DNA of 63,594 nucleotides, the filler included, from Octopus bimaculoides (lineage: Eukaryota): assembly GCF_001194135.2 (NCBI RefSeq). It is 5 parts of 4 records of this genome, joined end to end, with 100 filler letters (N's around TTAATTAATTAA, not from the genome) between each part and the next. Parts side by side here need not be neighbours in the genome. Positions count along the whole stretch, not along the records: positions 5,946 to 35,590 come from NC_068997.1; 4 more parts are not named here. One strand, 5' to 3'. Both the position numbers and the translations under genes were made by a program. Shown in pieces: positions 12,776 to 25,019 of the stretch. The number at the start of each line of letters is the position of its first letter. Within the stretch, counting starts at the first letter, position 1. A model generated the notes under the pieces. It searched no databases, was not told where the DNA came from, and saw nothing but the letters and a program-made list of their open reading frames with translations.

Positions 12776-13652
12776 AAATGAGTGTCACTGTCATAGAAGC
12801 AGTGCCATCAATTTCTTATCTCTGTGAAAATATGTCTGATCGAGGAGAAATATTACTTTGTTTCGAAACAGGTAAGGATTCGCAACAAAGAGAACCTGGT
12901 CGTAGAAAATCTGCCTCATGGAAGCACACAAAGGTGGACATTAAAACAAACGATTACGACAATGATGCTAGAAACATAGCTTCCTCTTCTGAACCTACTG
13001 GCCAACACCCAAGAAATACTTCCAACTAAACTACACCCCCACCACCATTCATGCCAATGCATATTACAGAGCTGAAAAATCATACCTGACTCACATTTCC
13101 CCAGCGTTACAATTCCTATGCATGAATGAAATGAAATGAACCATCCACAAGCCAAGAATGGTGTTTGCACTCATATTATAACACCAGAGAACCAATCCAA
13201 GGTGAATCAATACAAAAATATTGATTACACATTATATATTTACAGGACATATTGGATAGAGTCCAAAATGATAAACAGTTCAAGATGAAAATAGATTCAG
13301 AACAGCAATTGTAGCCAACTTGAGCAGAATATCAACCACGTTGTTTATTTACTGTTTTATTGCTTAATAGTTTGTGCTTTGGAGAGGAGTGCAGACATGG
13401 CTGTGTGGTTAAGAAGTTTGCTTCCTAGTTACATAGTCTCAGGTTCAGTCCCACTGCGTGGTACCTTGTGTAAGTGTCTTCTCTTGTAGCCCCCAAGCTA
13501 ATCAAAGCCTTGTATGTGGATTTGCTAAAGGGAAACTGAAAGAAGCCTATCATATAATCATTAGCACTGTTTTGAAGTTCGCTTCCCATGTTCATCATAT
13601 ACACACACACATATATACATACGTACATATATACATTCGTACCTATATTCGA

Positions 13653-13733
13653 GGCTCTGATGAAGCTATAAGGTGTTACTCAGACACTCAACAAAGAACC
13701 CACTACATCTTACAGCAGAAACAACTGTAAGCT
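13653..13733 (+). ncRNA. Type I hammerhead-ribozyme-like motif (Penelope-like element type)
   Basis: GGCT-CTGATGA-A-GCTATAAG-(36 nt)-CTTACAGC-A-GAAAC-AACT-GTA-AGCT: intact CUGAUGA/GAAA core, 7/8-bp stem II, minimal near-palindromic stem III, GUA cleavage triplet, 4-bp stem I. Confidence 0.6.
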
Positions 13734-13851
13734 AATGAAGCTCATAAGATAATTATTTATCCCTTTATCATCTATCTTCTTTATTATCAGGGCTCTGTAC
13801 TTAGCCAACATTTCATTCTGAAACATATGTATGAGTTTTATATTGGGTTAT

Positions 13852-13914
<63 letters not shown>

Positions 13915-14823
13915 GGTCTGTAAACTTCCATATAAAATCAACAGAGAGAGTACTTTTGTTTTCAATTTCTCTTTTCCTTTTTGAATATTATTTTATTTAA
14001 CTTTAAAGTAAATATTTTTCTTTTTTACTATTCTTTTCATTATTTCGTATAAAAAATACCAATAAATTTGATCAAAGTCATTTCATAATTATTGTATGTA
14101 TACCATATTTCTTGACATTACCCATGGTGGCATAAGTATATTTCCAAATACCTGTCATATGATCGCTCATACATATTATATATATACATATTATATATAT
14201 ATATATATAATATATTATAGATATATATACATATATATATTATATTTATATACATATATATATATTATATATATATGTGTGTATATATATCTGAAAGTGG
14301 CTTCTTTCTATCTCCAGGCAAGTATGAAGCCCAAGATTTTCAGAGAGGGTGGAATGGTGATAAGCAATGCTTTTCAAAAGAGTTCTAGCAAAATGGAGAC
14401 CAAAACTAGGTCAAAGACTCAAATGAACTAGAATTATTCTGATCTCTGCTACTCACAATTACACAAATATATTTTATTCTTAGAACATATCCAAATCATT
14501 TATAAATATAACAGGCTTTCGTTCTTTTGGCCGATAAATTTTATGCAAGGCAGCTGGGTCATTACACTTGGTTAAACATCCACAACAATGGAAACCTTCC
14601 AAAAAATAATTATTACTCGACAGAATGGGAAGTAAACTATATTGATTGTTTTTATTGAGAAATAAAAGAAATTAGGATTTTGAGAAGAGAAAATTTTTTT
14701 TAGGTCAAACAAGGTGTGACTATTTAGAGCAGTAATGTAAAATGAATACTGACATAGATTTATAATAAATTCATATATCATTGTTAACAAGTGACATTGG
14801 AATTGTTATAGATCTTTAATATA

Positions 14824-15210
14824 GGCGCAGGAGTGGCTGTGTGGTAAGTAGCTTGCTTACCAACCACATGGTTCCGGGTTCATTCCCACTGCATGGCACC
14901 TTGGGCAAGTGTCTTTTGCTATAGCCTCGGGCCAACCAAAGCCTTGTGAGTGGATTTGGTAGACGGAAACCGAAAGAAGCCCGTTGTATATAAGTACAAA
15001 TATGTATGTGTGTGTATATGTTTGTCCCCCCAACATCGCTTGACAACTGATGGTGGTGTGTTTATGTCCCTGTTACTTAGCAGTTCGGCAAAAGAGACCG
15101 ATAGAATAAGTACTAGGCTTACAAAGAATAAGTCCTGGGGTCGATTTGCTCGACTAAAGGCGGTGCTCCAGCATGGCCGCAGTCAAATGACTGAAACAAG
15201 TAAAAGAGTA
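14824..15210 (+). mobile_element. Full-length tRNA-derived SINE (family A) with an internal (TA/TG) microsatellite
   Basis: Head with A-box-like TGGCTGTGTGG and B-box-like GGTTCATTCCC; core ccttgggcaagtgtct...ggatttggtagacggaaac; microsatellite; tail ...ggtgctccagcatggccgcagtcaaatgactgaaacaagtaaaaga. Other full or partial copies at about 5332-5721, 6640-6925, 9835-9975, 11600-11710, 13390-13555, 19800-19930, 35095-35290, 40670-40760, 53875-54050, 54362-54498, 59560-60942 and 63200-63350. Confidence 0.85.
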
Positions 15211-16824
15211 TGCATAGTGGGCAACTGCAGTTTTCGTAGGTTATTTAATTGATTAACCCTTTCGCATTCAGCTTACTCTGTCAAACGTAAAGCTTATTCA
15301 TTCCCATTGATTTAAATCAATCATGCATCAGCTTGTAGCTTTGAGATTTCGATGATGTGATTATTTATTAATGGGTTCTAATTTAGGCAGAAGACCAGAA
15401 ATTTGGAGAGAGCGGGGTGGGCGATTGGTCGAGACCAATGACCCGAGCTTTCAGACTGTTACTTTATTTAATCAATAGGGGAAAGGATGAACGGCAAAGT
15501 TGACTTTGGTGGAACAGGAACTCACATTATTATGAGTCTGAAAGAAATACTGTAAAGGGTTTTGCCTGATGTAGTAGGCACACTCACAAACGCACATACA
15601 TGTGTGTATATATATATATAAATAACGTTGACCACTAACGTGGACAATTAATGTGCTAGAAATGGATCACATCTTGTGTCTATTAAGACCTAAATTGTTC
15701 TCAACATGAAATATAGCAGCATACCAAAACGTAGGCGGGCAAGACATTTAAAATCACCTAAAAAAACATTATTAAACATGTACCGGTTTCGGATTTAACA
15801 AATCTTACCGATTAATCCCCTGAGATTGCAGATACTATTTCTGAATCTCTTTGATTCTTTAGATGTGCTGGCCTCCTGATAATTAATCGATATTAATTAA
15901 TATATGATTAATTACCAGATTTTATAATAATATATATATATATATACACACACACACAGTAATCCCCCGACTATTGCAGGTGAAAATCCATAAAGTAGAA
16001 ACAGTACTGTATTATATATACATTTTTTAATTATTTTTATAATTTGTATATATATCCGAACATGGCCGATGTCAGGTCCACTTGACTGGCTCCTGTGCCG
16101 ACGTCATGTAAAGAGCACCACCCGAACGTGGCCGATGCCAGTGGCATGTAAAAAGCAACATCCGAGCGTGGCTGATGCCAGTGCCCCCGACTGGCTCCTG
16201 TACAAATGGCACATAAAAAAACACCCACTACACTTTCTAAAAAATTTTTTAAGAGAGAAATTCTCAATTCTTTTAATTTTAAGAATAACAATTTGCCCCG
16301 CTACTTTTTACAACATCAACTCCCCTCCCCCGTCAGCCATGAAGCATACAACAAGATCTAACTGAAGTTTATATATATATATATATATATATATAAAAGC
16401 TAAACTAGTTGAATGTTTACGTAAACAACGACCTCCGATACAACATGGAAAGAGCCATATAGAAACTACATGATGGAATACCAGGAATTTCTACAAAAAA
16501 TTCTAAAGTATTGTGTTTTATTGGTCAATAAAAATATACTATAAAACAGGTAATAAAATTAATTTAATTAGACTTAGTAATCACGGGGTCATGAAGTATT
16601 ATGTACACAGCACGTGTGAAAATCATGAAATATCTACAATTCGAAAATATGGTGTTTTATTAATAAAATCGGTAAATTTGTAAAAAATTACCATAAAGGT
16701 AAGGTAAGGTAAAACAGGTAAATAAGTCAGTTTAGTTTAATTAGGCCTTACTAATCATAAACTGCCTAGATGTGGATCTAGATATTAACCCTCCCTCATT
16801 GGTTCATAAAGTATTTTTGGCGGA

Positions 16825-16897
16825 GGTAAAGAATACGCACATCACCCATTTTCGGCGCAACCCTAACCCTAAACACCGGGTGTGCGTATTCTTTACC
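16825..16897. repeat. Perfect 17-bp inverted repeat enclosing (CCCTAA)2; mini-MITE or Helentron-like remnant
   Basis: GGTAAAGAATACGCACA (16825-16841) and TGTGCGTATTCTTTACC (16881-16897); 39-nt spacer containing AACCCTAACCCTAA. Confidence 0.7.
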
Positions 16898-17229
16898 CTA
16901 GGCCGTATGTTTTACATTACACACGCGGAATCCCCGAATGTCTACAAAAATTATATCGTCTTGTGTCTATAAAATATACTATTGATGTTTCTTTCTTTCT
17001 TCTCCTCCCACCTCTTTGCTCTTGTTTATGTTTTTTCTTTGGTTTGGGATTTGTATCTTAATGCGATTTTGTATTAGGTTATACATCATGTATATGCGCG
17101 TTATATATGTAATTATTAAATTATCTAAACTATATCAAATTATTATTTTCAACAAAGACTATACATATGTTTAAATATACTATAGAACAGTAATTAACTC
17201 AATTTAATTAATCTTAAGGTCAAAACTAA

Positions 17230-17440
17230 AGGGTTGTGGAATTCATAGCCTACAAATAGCAAAGACGTAGTATGAGAAAACTCAAGAAGGAGTCACCGAA
17301 AATGAGAATCCTCTGGGATGCAATGATCCAGTGTGATCATCTGACCAGAAATCAGAACTGGATGTTGTTGTGGTGAATAAAAAAAAAATGAAAGAACATG
17401 TATGATAATCGACATACCATGCCCAGGTGACAACAGGATC
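17230..17440 (+). mobile_element. R4/Dong-type LINE RLE fragment
   Basis: KMRILWDAMIQCDH...ELDVVVVNKK...MIIDIPCPGDNRI, i.e. the W-D...PD...IID..P.D RLE motif, frameshifted. Confidence 0.75.
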
Positions 17441-18111
17441 AATCTTAATAATTACTTATGGAAAATAATAATTTGAGTGAATGGTAGTATGCCGTTTTTC
17501 TGTTTCCGTACATGTTTGACAGCTTTGATTATATCCATAATTAACGTGAGCAAAGCGAAGCTATTGACTTCGTAAGTGTATCGAATGTTAACAGATGAGA
17601 GAACGATGAAGAATAAATATAACATACGAGGCACAATTACTGTCCTGCAAAATTACGATCTTCTTCGTCGTATTCGCCTTTTCGTCCACACCAACATATC
17701 AACAATTTGCGATGGAGATCACATCTTATTTCAAAAAGTAAAAATAGTTTCACTTTGACCTGGAAAGCCCCCAGCTTCCAACAAGGCAAATACTTTCGTT
17801 TTTGGTTTTTCTTTTTGGATCCTAGGGACAAAGATGTGTCAACTGAAACATTGCATACACTATAAAAAGACCTGCAGGTAATTTCTTGCCTCGTTAATTA
17901 TATTGTTATATTTGTAGCCGTAAGATTTAAGGGGATAAAGATAAAAGGGAGTTGCAACGTCCTGCAAATGTTCTTGAGAAAGTCATCAATATCACAACTT
18001 CTCTCCACTTCTGTGTGTGAAATCGTTTTCTTTCTGTAGAGCCATTGGATAGAAGCAGACATAGATGAAAAATGAAATTATAGAAGGAAACATGAAATAA
18101 AGTGTACTTAC

Positions 18112-18138
18112 TTGCCACAACAAGAAACAGATGTTCAT
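18112..18138 (-). CDS. Exon 1 (MNICFLLWQ) of uncharacterised secretory-pathway C2H2-like Cys-rich protein
   Basis: ATG at 18138-18136, perfect donor CAA|GTAAGT at 18111. Phase 0 joins exon 2 to give a continuous hydrophobic signal-peptide-like N-terminus (MNICFLLWQVIFLVNIYSVNTA). Lies just downstream of a CpG-containing promoter-like patch. The exon is short, so assignment rests on splice, phase and signal-peptide logic. Confidence 0.72.
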
Positions 18139-18139
18139 T

Positions 18140-18240
18140 CAGAAGGATTTGGTTGAAGACAAATTGTCAAAATAAAGTCAGAAAAATGGTGGCCGGTGTC
18201 GACCGAAAATAATCCACTTCCGATTTGGACCGGGTAAACT
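18140..18240 (-). promoter_or_regulatory. Probable core promoter / 5'UTR of the C2H2-like gene
   Basis: Local CpG enrichment in an AT-rich background. ETS-type CGGAAGTG (18222-18215) and YY1-like GGCCACCATTTT (about 18194-18183), immediately upstream of exon 1. Confidence 0.55.
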
Positions 18241-18927
18241 GACAGGCTTTCTTTCTCTTTTAAGCCTTTAGCATTAAAACCAGACGTGTCACCTTCAAAT
18301 ATTCTGCCTCTTTTGTGTCCAAACTGGCCAGATCCGGGCTATCACACCTACCCTACAATATCATCCTCAAAATAAACAATCGCATCATCATATTAAAAAT
18401 AATTTGAGTAAATAAGCATTATAGTCGATAGTAATTTGAATGCTAAAAAGTTAAGTAAATCTATTATAAATCACTTATATCCATCGGAAAATAACACAAT
18501 TTACGTATGTAAACAATTAATAGAATAACAAATAACAAAAGAAATCAGTAAATAAATAGATTAAATAAAAAGTTATACCCTCCCACTCAATTTTACCCCA
18601 CAACAAGAGATATCGACACAACTCAAGTGTTCCACCCCCTCCCGATATTGTTCCCTCATAACTTTCTGAAGAATAAATATTTTTAAATAAATCTTTTAAT
18701 TCCAGATGGTGTAGATTACGAATATATCGGAATTTGTTGCGAAAAACTTTATCGGGGAGGTGGAAATATGATTTCCGAGAAAGTTATGGGGAAACCAAGT
18801 TATGTTCATGGTACACACTCTTGTTTTGCCGGGACTTTTGTATTCTCGACTTAAATATTTAAGTAGCTCAAAATACTGACGGCATTACCATAATTAATTA
18901 CGGGGTTGAGGTGTGGGAACAGCCAAA

Positions 18928-19429
18928 CAGAGCTAGCCCTAAGCCAATTGGACCGATTGCTCCCAATCGGGCCTTGCGCTCAAGGAGGCTACATTCTATA
19001 CTGCGAAATTTCATGAAGGTGGTCTCCCTGAAGTTCAAAAAATCTACATAAAAATGCTCCTTAAAAAAAACACATACTTTCTACAATTTAGCGACACAAA
19101 ATACCAAAAGATAAACCCATTCATCCAAAATGTTAAATTTCTTTCTAATTTTTGCCAGAATATTTTTAAAAAGCATAGTTTCAATGTAGTTTCGCTTACT
19201 GATGGTGAAAATTTTTGGTAAATTTATAGCTTAACACGCAACTCAATTTCGGTGGAAAATAATGCTTTTTCCTCGTTTTTATTTTATTTTTTTTCCTGGT
19301 GCTATCAAATCTAATATGCCGCAAATAATATTTTCCACGGAAATCGGAGGGGGTGGGGTAGAGTGGACCCACAGAAATCCCCCCATCACCTCACCCAATT
19401 GGGCCCCGCACCTCCTAAGGCTGGTCCTG
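18928..19429. mobile_element. Non-autonomous hAT (Tip100-like) element, about 502 bp, with 8-bp TSD
   Basis: Imperfect TIRs CAGAGCTAGCCCTAAG / revcomp CAGGACCAGCCTTAGG; GGGCCCC subterminal motifs; flanks CAGCCAAA (18920-18927) and CAGCCAAG (19430-19437). Confidence 0.8.
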
Positions 19430-19763
19430 CAGCCAAGCACCCTTGCGACACAAATTACACATACTCTGCTTCAGAAATATGTTAAATAAAATCATGTTTT
19501 TTTCTTTTTTCTTTTTTCTTTTATTCTTTTATTTGTTTCAGNNNNNNNNNNNNNNNNNNNNNNNNNNNNNNNNNNNNNNNNNNNNNNNNNNNNNNNNNNN
19601 NNNNNNNNNNNNNNNNNNNNNNNNNNNNNNNNNNNNNNNNNNNNNNNNNNNNNNNNNNNNNNNNNNNNNNNNNNNNNNNNNNNNNNNNNNNNNNNNNNNN
19701 NNNNNNNNNNNNNNNNNNNNNNNNNNNNNNNNNNNNNNNNNNNNNNNNNNNNNNNNNNNNNNN

Positions 19764-19796
<33 letters not shown>

Positions 19797-20335
19797 TACG
19801 ACGGGCTTCTTTCAGTTTCCATCTACCAAATCCACTCACGAGACTTTGGTCGACCTGAGGCTATAGTAGAAGACACTTGCCCAAGGTGCCACACAGTGGG
19901 ACTGAACCTGGAACCATGTGGTTGGTAAGCCATGCCTTCGCCTATATTTTCTTCATTTAATTTTCATTGGATCTTTCTGATTTGGCGGACGCCATTTGTT
20001 TTCTAAGTGATATATTGGAACAATTCCAGCATTAATAAAAAAAAAACAAGACAAAAAACTCCGCATGGACGTAACGAATCAATCAGATTTAGATAACCAT
20101 TATATGCAGTTAAAGGGAAATAAGTCTGATGTTGAATGGAAGTGCTAGAATTATTTCCCTTTAAATATTATTAAAAAAAAACAACAGAATCCTCATCACG
20201 AACATTTTATTATTTACTACTGCATATTTACATTCGAATTGAATAAAGATATTTAATGTTTATATTTAATCTGAATAAAGATCAGTGACGTAGCGTAGAT
20301 TTTGACTGTCTCATTCTTTAAACGCAACATACCTT

Positions 20336-22545
20336 TAACTTGCCAGACGTCCCTTATATACGACACATGTCCCATATTTGAGAATTTTGTCCCTTGTCCT
20401 GCACTGACCTTTCAGGGACACCCCAAACGTCCCGTATTTAATTCATTTTCAAATATCGTAATAAAAATATATTTTTACTTCCCTTTTCACGGTTCTTAGT
20501 TGTAACTTTATAAGCAATTATTCTTTCTTTTTTCATATTCTCTTCATGAAAATAACCTAAATGTCACTAGGAAACTAGTGTTGCTAGAAGTTTACACAAA
20601 ACTGACGTGTTTGCAACTTAATACTGTCAACAAAGTGTGTTGTTACTACTTGCCACGCCCCACTAATCCACCCATTCCAAGATGCCAAAACGTAAGTGTA
20701 AATTTTGTGATGAATATTCCAGCGAATGGACATTTATCAAACAAGGCAGAAGCTGTTTTGAAGCAAACTGTGTTGTATGTAATTGCACAATGGCAGGAAG
20801 TCTGAGATCAAGCAACACATAGAAACAGCAAAGCACAAAAGTAGTATTGCCTCTACTTCAAAAGAAGCGGGTAAACTAACAAACTTCTTGATCAAGAAAA
20901 ACAGATGAAGAAAGTAAAATAATAGCTGCAGAAGTTGCAATGGCATTTCATACTGTCCATCACCATCAATCATTCAGTTCAAATGACTGTATGGACGTAC
21001 TACTACCAACAGTATTTCCTGATTCTAAAACTGCATGCAAATTTTCAAGTGTTAGGATTAAATGTGCTGTAATAATAAAAAAAAACTGTTTTGGCTCCAT
21101 ATACTATGACAGAGATTGTTAAAAATATAATTAACTCTTCTTTTTATGGCATATCTACTGATGCAAGTAATCACAACGTTGAGAAAATTTTTCCCATTGA
21201 TTGTGCAATGTTTTTCACGTGAAAAAGGTTTGCTGATAAAGTTATTGCGAGTAAGATTCCTCCCAAATCAGACCTCGGAAACAATAGCAAACTTCTGCAG
21301 AGAGAGCTTCATCAAGTTAGGACTAGACGTGAAGAAATGTATAGCTTTTGGTGGAGATAACACAAATACTAATTTTGGTGGTTGTTTGTGCATAAGCACA
21401 AATAATGTCTATTCAAAATTCAAGGAAAGCATGAATGAATCAATAGAAGGTGTTGGATGTCCAGCCCATATTCCATACAATGCTGCTCATACTGTGGCCA
21501 ATGTTCTTTCTGCTGATGCTGAAGTAATTGTTGCTAAATTGTTTTCATACTTTGGTATTTATACTGTTCGATCTGAGAAGTTGAAAGATTTCTGCGAGTT
21601 TGTTAGTGTGCAGTATGCCTCAATTCTCTCACATTCTAAAACTCATTGGCTTTCTTTGATGAGAGCAGTTGAGAGAATTCTAAGGTTATTTAAAGTACTG
21701 AAATCATTTTTTTGATTCTGAAGAAAAGCCCCCACCCCTCCTAATTCTTGTCGAATTCTTCAATAATCCACTGAGTAAAACTTACTTATATTTTGTTCAC
21801 AGTTTTGAATATGTTTTTAGCAACAGGATTACGAAGATAGAATTGAGAGAAAACATCATTATTGAAGTGCTTGGCTGTTTCAAAGAACTCATTGCAGTTA
21901 CAAAGGAAAGAATTAATGGAAAGTTTATTCCTCTCAGTGAGAAGGATTTCCTTAATAAAGACGATGTCAAATCTGAAGAGAAAACAAAATTTCTGCTTGA
22001 AGTCGATAACTACTATTTCATTTGCCTTGAGAATCTGGAGAAATGGGTTTCATTTTTTGAAAATTTTGATAACTTTATATGGATGTTATTAGATACAGTT
22101 CCAGCATGGGAGAATGTAGAATCATCTTGTTTAGAGTGAAAGAACAAAGGTTTAAAAATTGATGGCAACATTCTTCTCTGTCAGTGGTCAACATTTAAAA
22201 AAACTCCTTTCTAAAGAGATGCAGATCAAACCTGATGAATGGAAGACCAAACTATGTCATGAAAGATGGTTTTCTATCCTTCAGTAGATTGTTTCAAGAA
22301 CAATACTCCAAGTTGTTAATTTTGTGCCAGTTCTTATTTACCATACCAGTGCATAATGCTAATGTTAAGCATGTCTTCTCAATGGTGAATGTTCCATGGA
22401 CTAAAGAATGAAATAAGTCGGATGTGACTACTGTAGAAGCTATCTTACAATGCACACGGAACCTTAACTGTCAATGTAAAGAATTTCATAGGCATGTGTT
22501 AGACAACAAGGATCTGTTAATAAAAGCCAAATCGTTAAACTAATA
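20336..22545 (+). mobile_element. Decayed hAT DNA transposon (Blackjack-like) with frameshifted transposase pseudogene (ATG 20682 to about 22543)
   Basis: N-terminal MPKRKCKF and BED-finger-like CVVC...KQHIETAKH; ISTDASNH (first catalytic D, frameshifted), GGDNTNTNFGG, GVGCPAH (CxxH), KTHWLSL, and dimerisation-type HNANVKHVFSM. Multiple stops and frameshifts. The 5' end has TTGCCAGACGTCCC subterminal motifs typical of Blackjack-type ends. Confidence 0.9.
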
Positions 22546-22602
22546 CATTCATTTGTTGTTTACACCACCTGTCTTCGTCTGTTGTTTTTTTCGTAAATTC
22601 TC

Positions 22603-22645
<43 letters not shown>

Positions 22646-25019
22646 TCTATATAATGTCAATTTCTTTGTAAAACAGAACAATTCAGGAAAGTAACAAAAC
22701 ACTTTTTGTTTTATTTTACATATTTATTTACCACAGTTGTTTAAAAGTTTATCTTCCATTCAAGAATGTCAATAAACATTGTTAAGAAATAAAGAATAAC
22801 AGCCATAGATTTTGAAGTGAGAGAAAAATAGCTTTAGAATTCTGGCATAACAACATCATCATCATCATCATCAACATTTCAGCACTTTCTGGTATGAAAC
22901 TATAGCGAAATCATACAGCTCTTTCATTGACACATATATACACTCCTTGCTCTCCACGTCCACAAAATATAGCAACACAGGAAGAGATATACATACATAC
23001 ATACATATATATAATATAATATATATATCCACAGATTAATGTATACAGGCTGTCCCATACATTAGGCAGTATTTAANNNNNNNNNNNNNNNNNNNNNNNN
23101 NNNNNNNNNNNNNNNNNNNNNNNNNNNNNNNNNNNNNNNNNNNNNNNNNNNNNNNNNNNNNNNNNNNNNNNNNNNNNNNNNNNNNNNNNNNNNNNNNNNN
23201 NNNNNNNNNNNNNNNNNNNNNNNNNNNNNNNNNNNNNNNNNNNNNNNNNNNNNNNNNNNNNNNNNNNNNNNNNNNNNNNNNNNNNNNNNNNNNNNNNNNN
23301 NNNNNNNNNNNNNNCTCCACGTCCACAAAATATAGCAACACAGGAAGAGATATACATACATACATACATACATATAATATAATATAGATATCCACAGATT
23401 AATGTATACAGGCTGTCCCATACATTAGGCAGTATTTAACATTGAACTGTTACTTTATAACCCAACAGACATGTGAGACACAGAGTATGTATATATATAT
23501 CTCAATGTTTGTTTTTATACCAAGTTATATATAGAAACAATTTAACATTAAACTGAAGTATGACCCAATACTTTTTTGTAGAATACATGTTTAGTAACTT
23601 ATACCAGGAGATCGTTGACAGTAACTTTGAAGTGTGTGGCCTGCTTGCTTCCATCAAACTGTACTCTGCTTTGGTTCCCCTGTCCAACACCAACACCATA
23701 CCTAATTGTCATTCACATAGCTGCACCTACCAAAAAGACGACCTGCCAAAGACTATATAAAGCCCCCCAAAAAACCAATATGAATAGCAGCCTGATGCTG
23801 AGCAGCAGCCCAAAACATCAAAGTTACAGAAAACCTTTTCCTTATAAAAGTTTATATATGCACACAAACACACATATATACATACACACACACATATTGT
23901 GTGTGTGTGTGGCAGGGTTTATAAATGAGAGGAAGAGAAATTAAAACAAAAGGTAGAGTGTATATAATTCTTTTTTTTTTTATTATCTGAGAATATTAAA
24001 GTTCAAAAAAGGACGAGAGCTTTGTGTCAAAGCAGTTAATACAAGCCCTTCTGTAACTCCTGTAGTATTCTCACCCAATAATAATTAATAATAATAATAA
24101 TTTCAACTATAGGCACAAAGCCTAAAATTTGTGGGGAGGGGACTAGTTAATTACATCAACACTAGTATTCAAACTGGTACTCATTTTATCAATCCTGAAA
24201 GGATGAAATGCTAAATAGACCTCAGTGGAATATAAGAATTATACGTATATATATGTTTATATGCTTGTGTATATATACATACATACATACATATACATAT
24301 ATATATATATATATATATGTATATAGGGAGAGAAAGAGAGAGAGAGAGAGAAAGATACACACACACACATATGTATACAAACACAGACATGTATAAACAC
24401 ATGTATACACAGACACACACATCTATGTATTAATATATATATATACACACACACATAGACATGCACACACATACATATATGTATACTGCTAAGACAACGA
24501 TGCATACATCTCTATTCAGGCGTAATTCTTTGTGTAAATGTGCAAGTGTCGATGTAGATGGATATGCATATGTACATGTACAAAATATACAGATATTTGC
24601 ATAAAGTTTTTTGAAGCTATAATGAATATAATATAATATATATATATATATACACACACACAGACATAGATAGATACACATATACATACAGATGAAAAAA
24701 ACCCATCTATTTACACACATACACACACATATATATATATGTATACTTATATATATAAATTAACAGTTAAAAGACCAGCCGACAACCACATATATTTACA
24801 AAACATCATATAAATAGAATTCTGAATGAAACAACTGCCTACATGCATATTAATGAACTCACACATACATGGATAGGTGCAATTAACAGTGTATATGTGT
24901 AAACATGCAAAAAAAAAAACAAGAATAAAACGTGCATCACCTGAGTACATGCATGTTAGTGTTTTTAATAACACATTTTAAATATAAATGTCGAGTGTTG
25001 TAAACGAGAAAATTTGGTT

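Noticed and set aside
12830-12900. ATG...GAAACAG|GTAAG resembling a plus-strand first exon
   Set aside because: Part of a dispersed repeat adjoining the RTE fragment; no downstream exons.
23600-23760. GC-richer stretch open on both strands (EIVDSNFEVCGLLASIK... / MTIRYGVGVGQGNQSRVQFDGS...)
   Set aside because: No recognisable homology and no partner exons with compatible splice sites.
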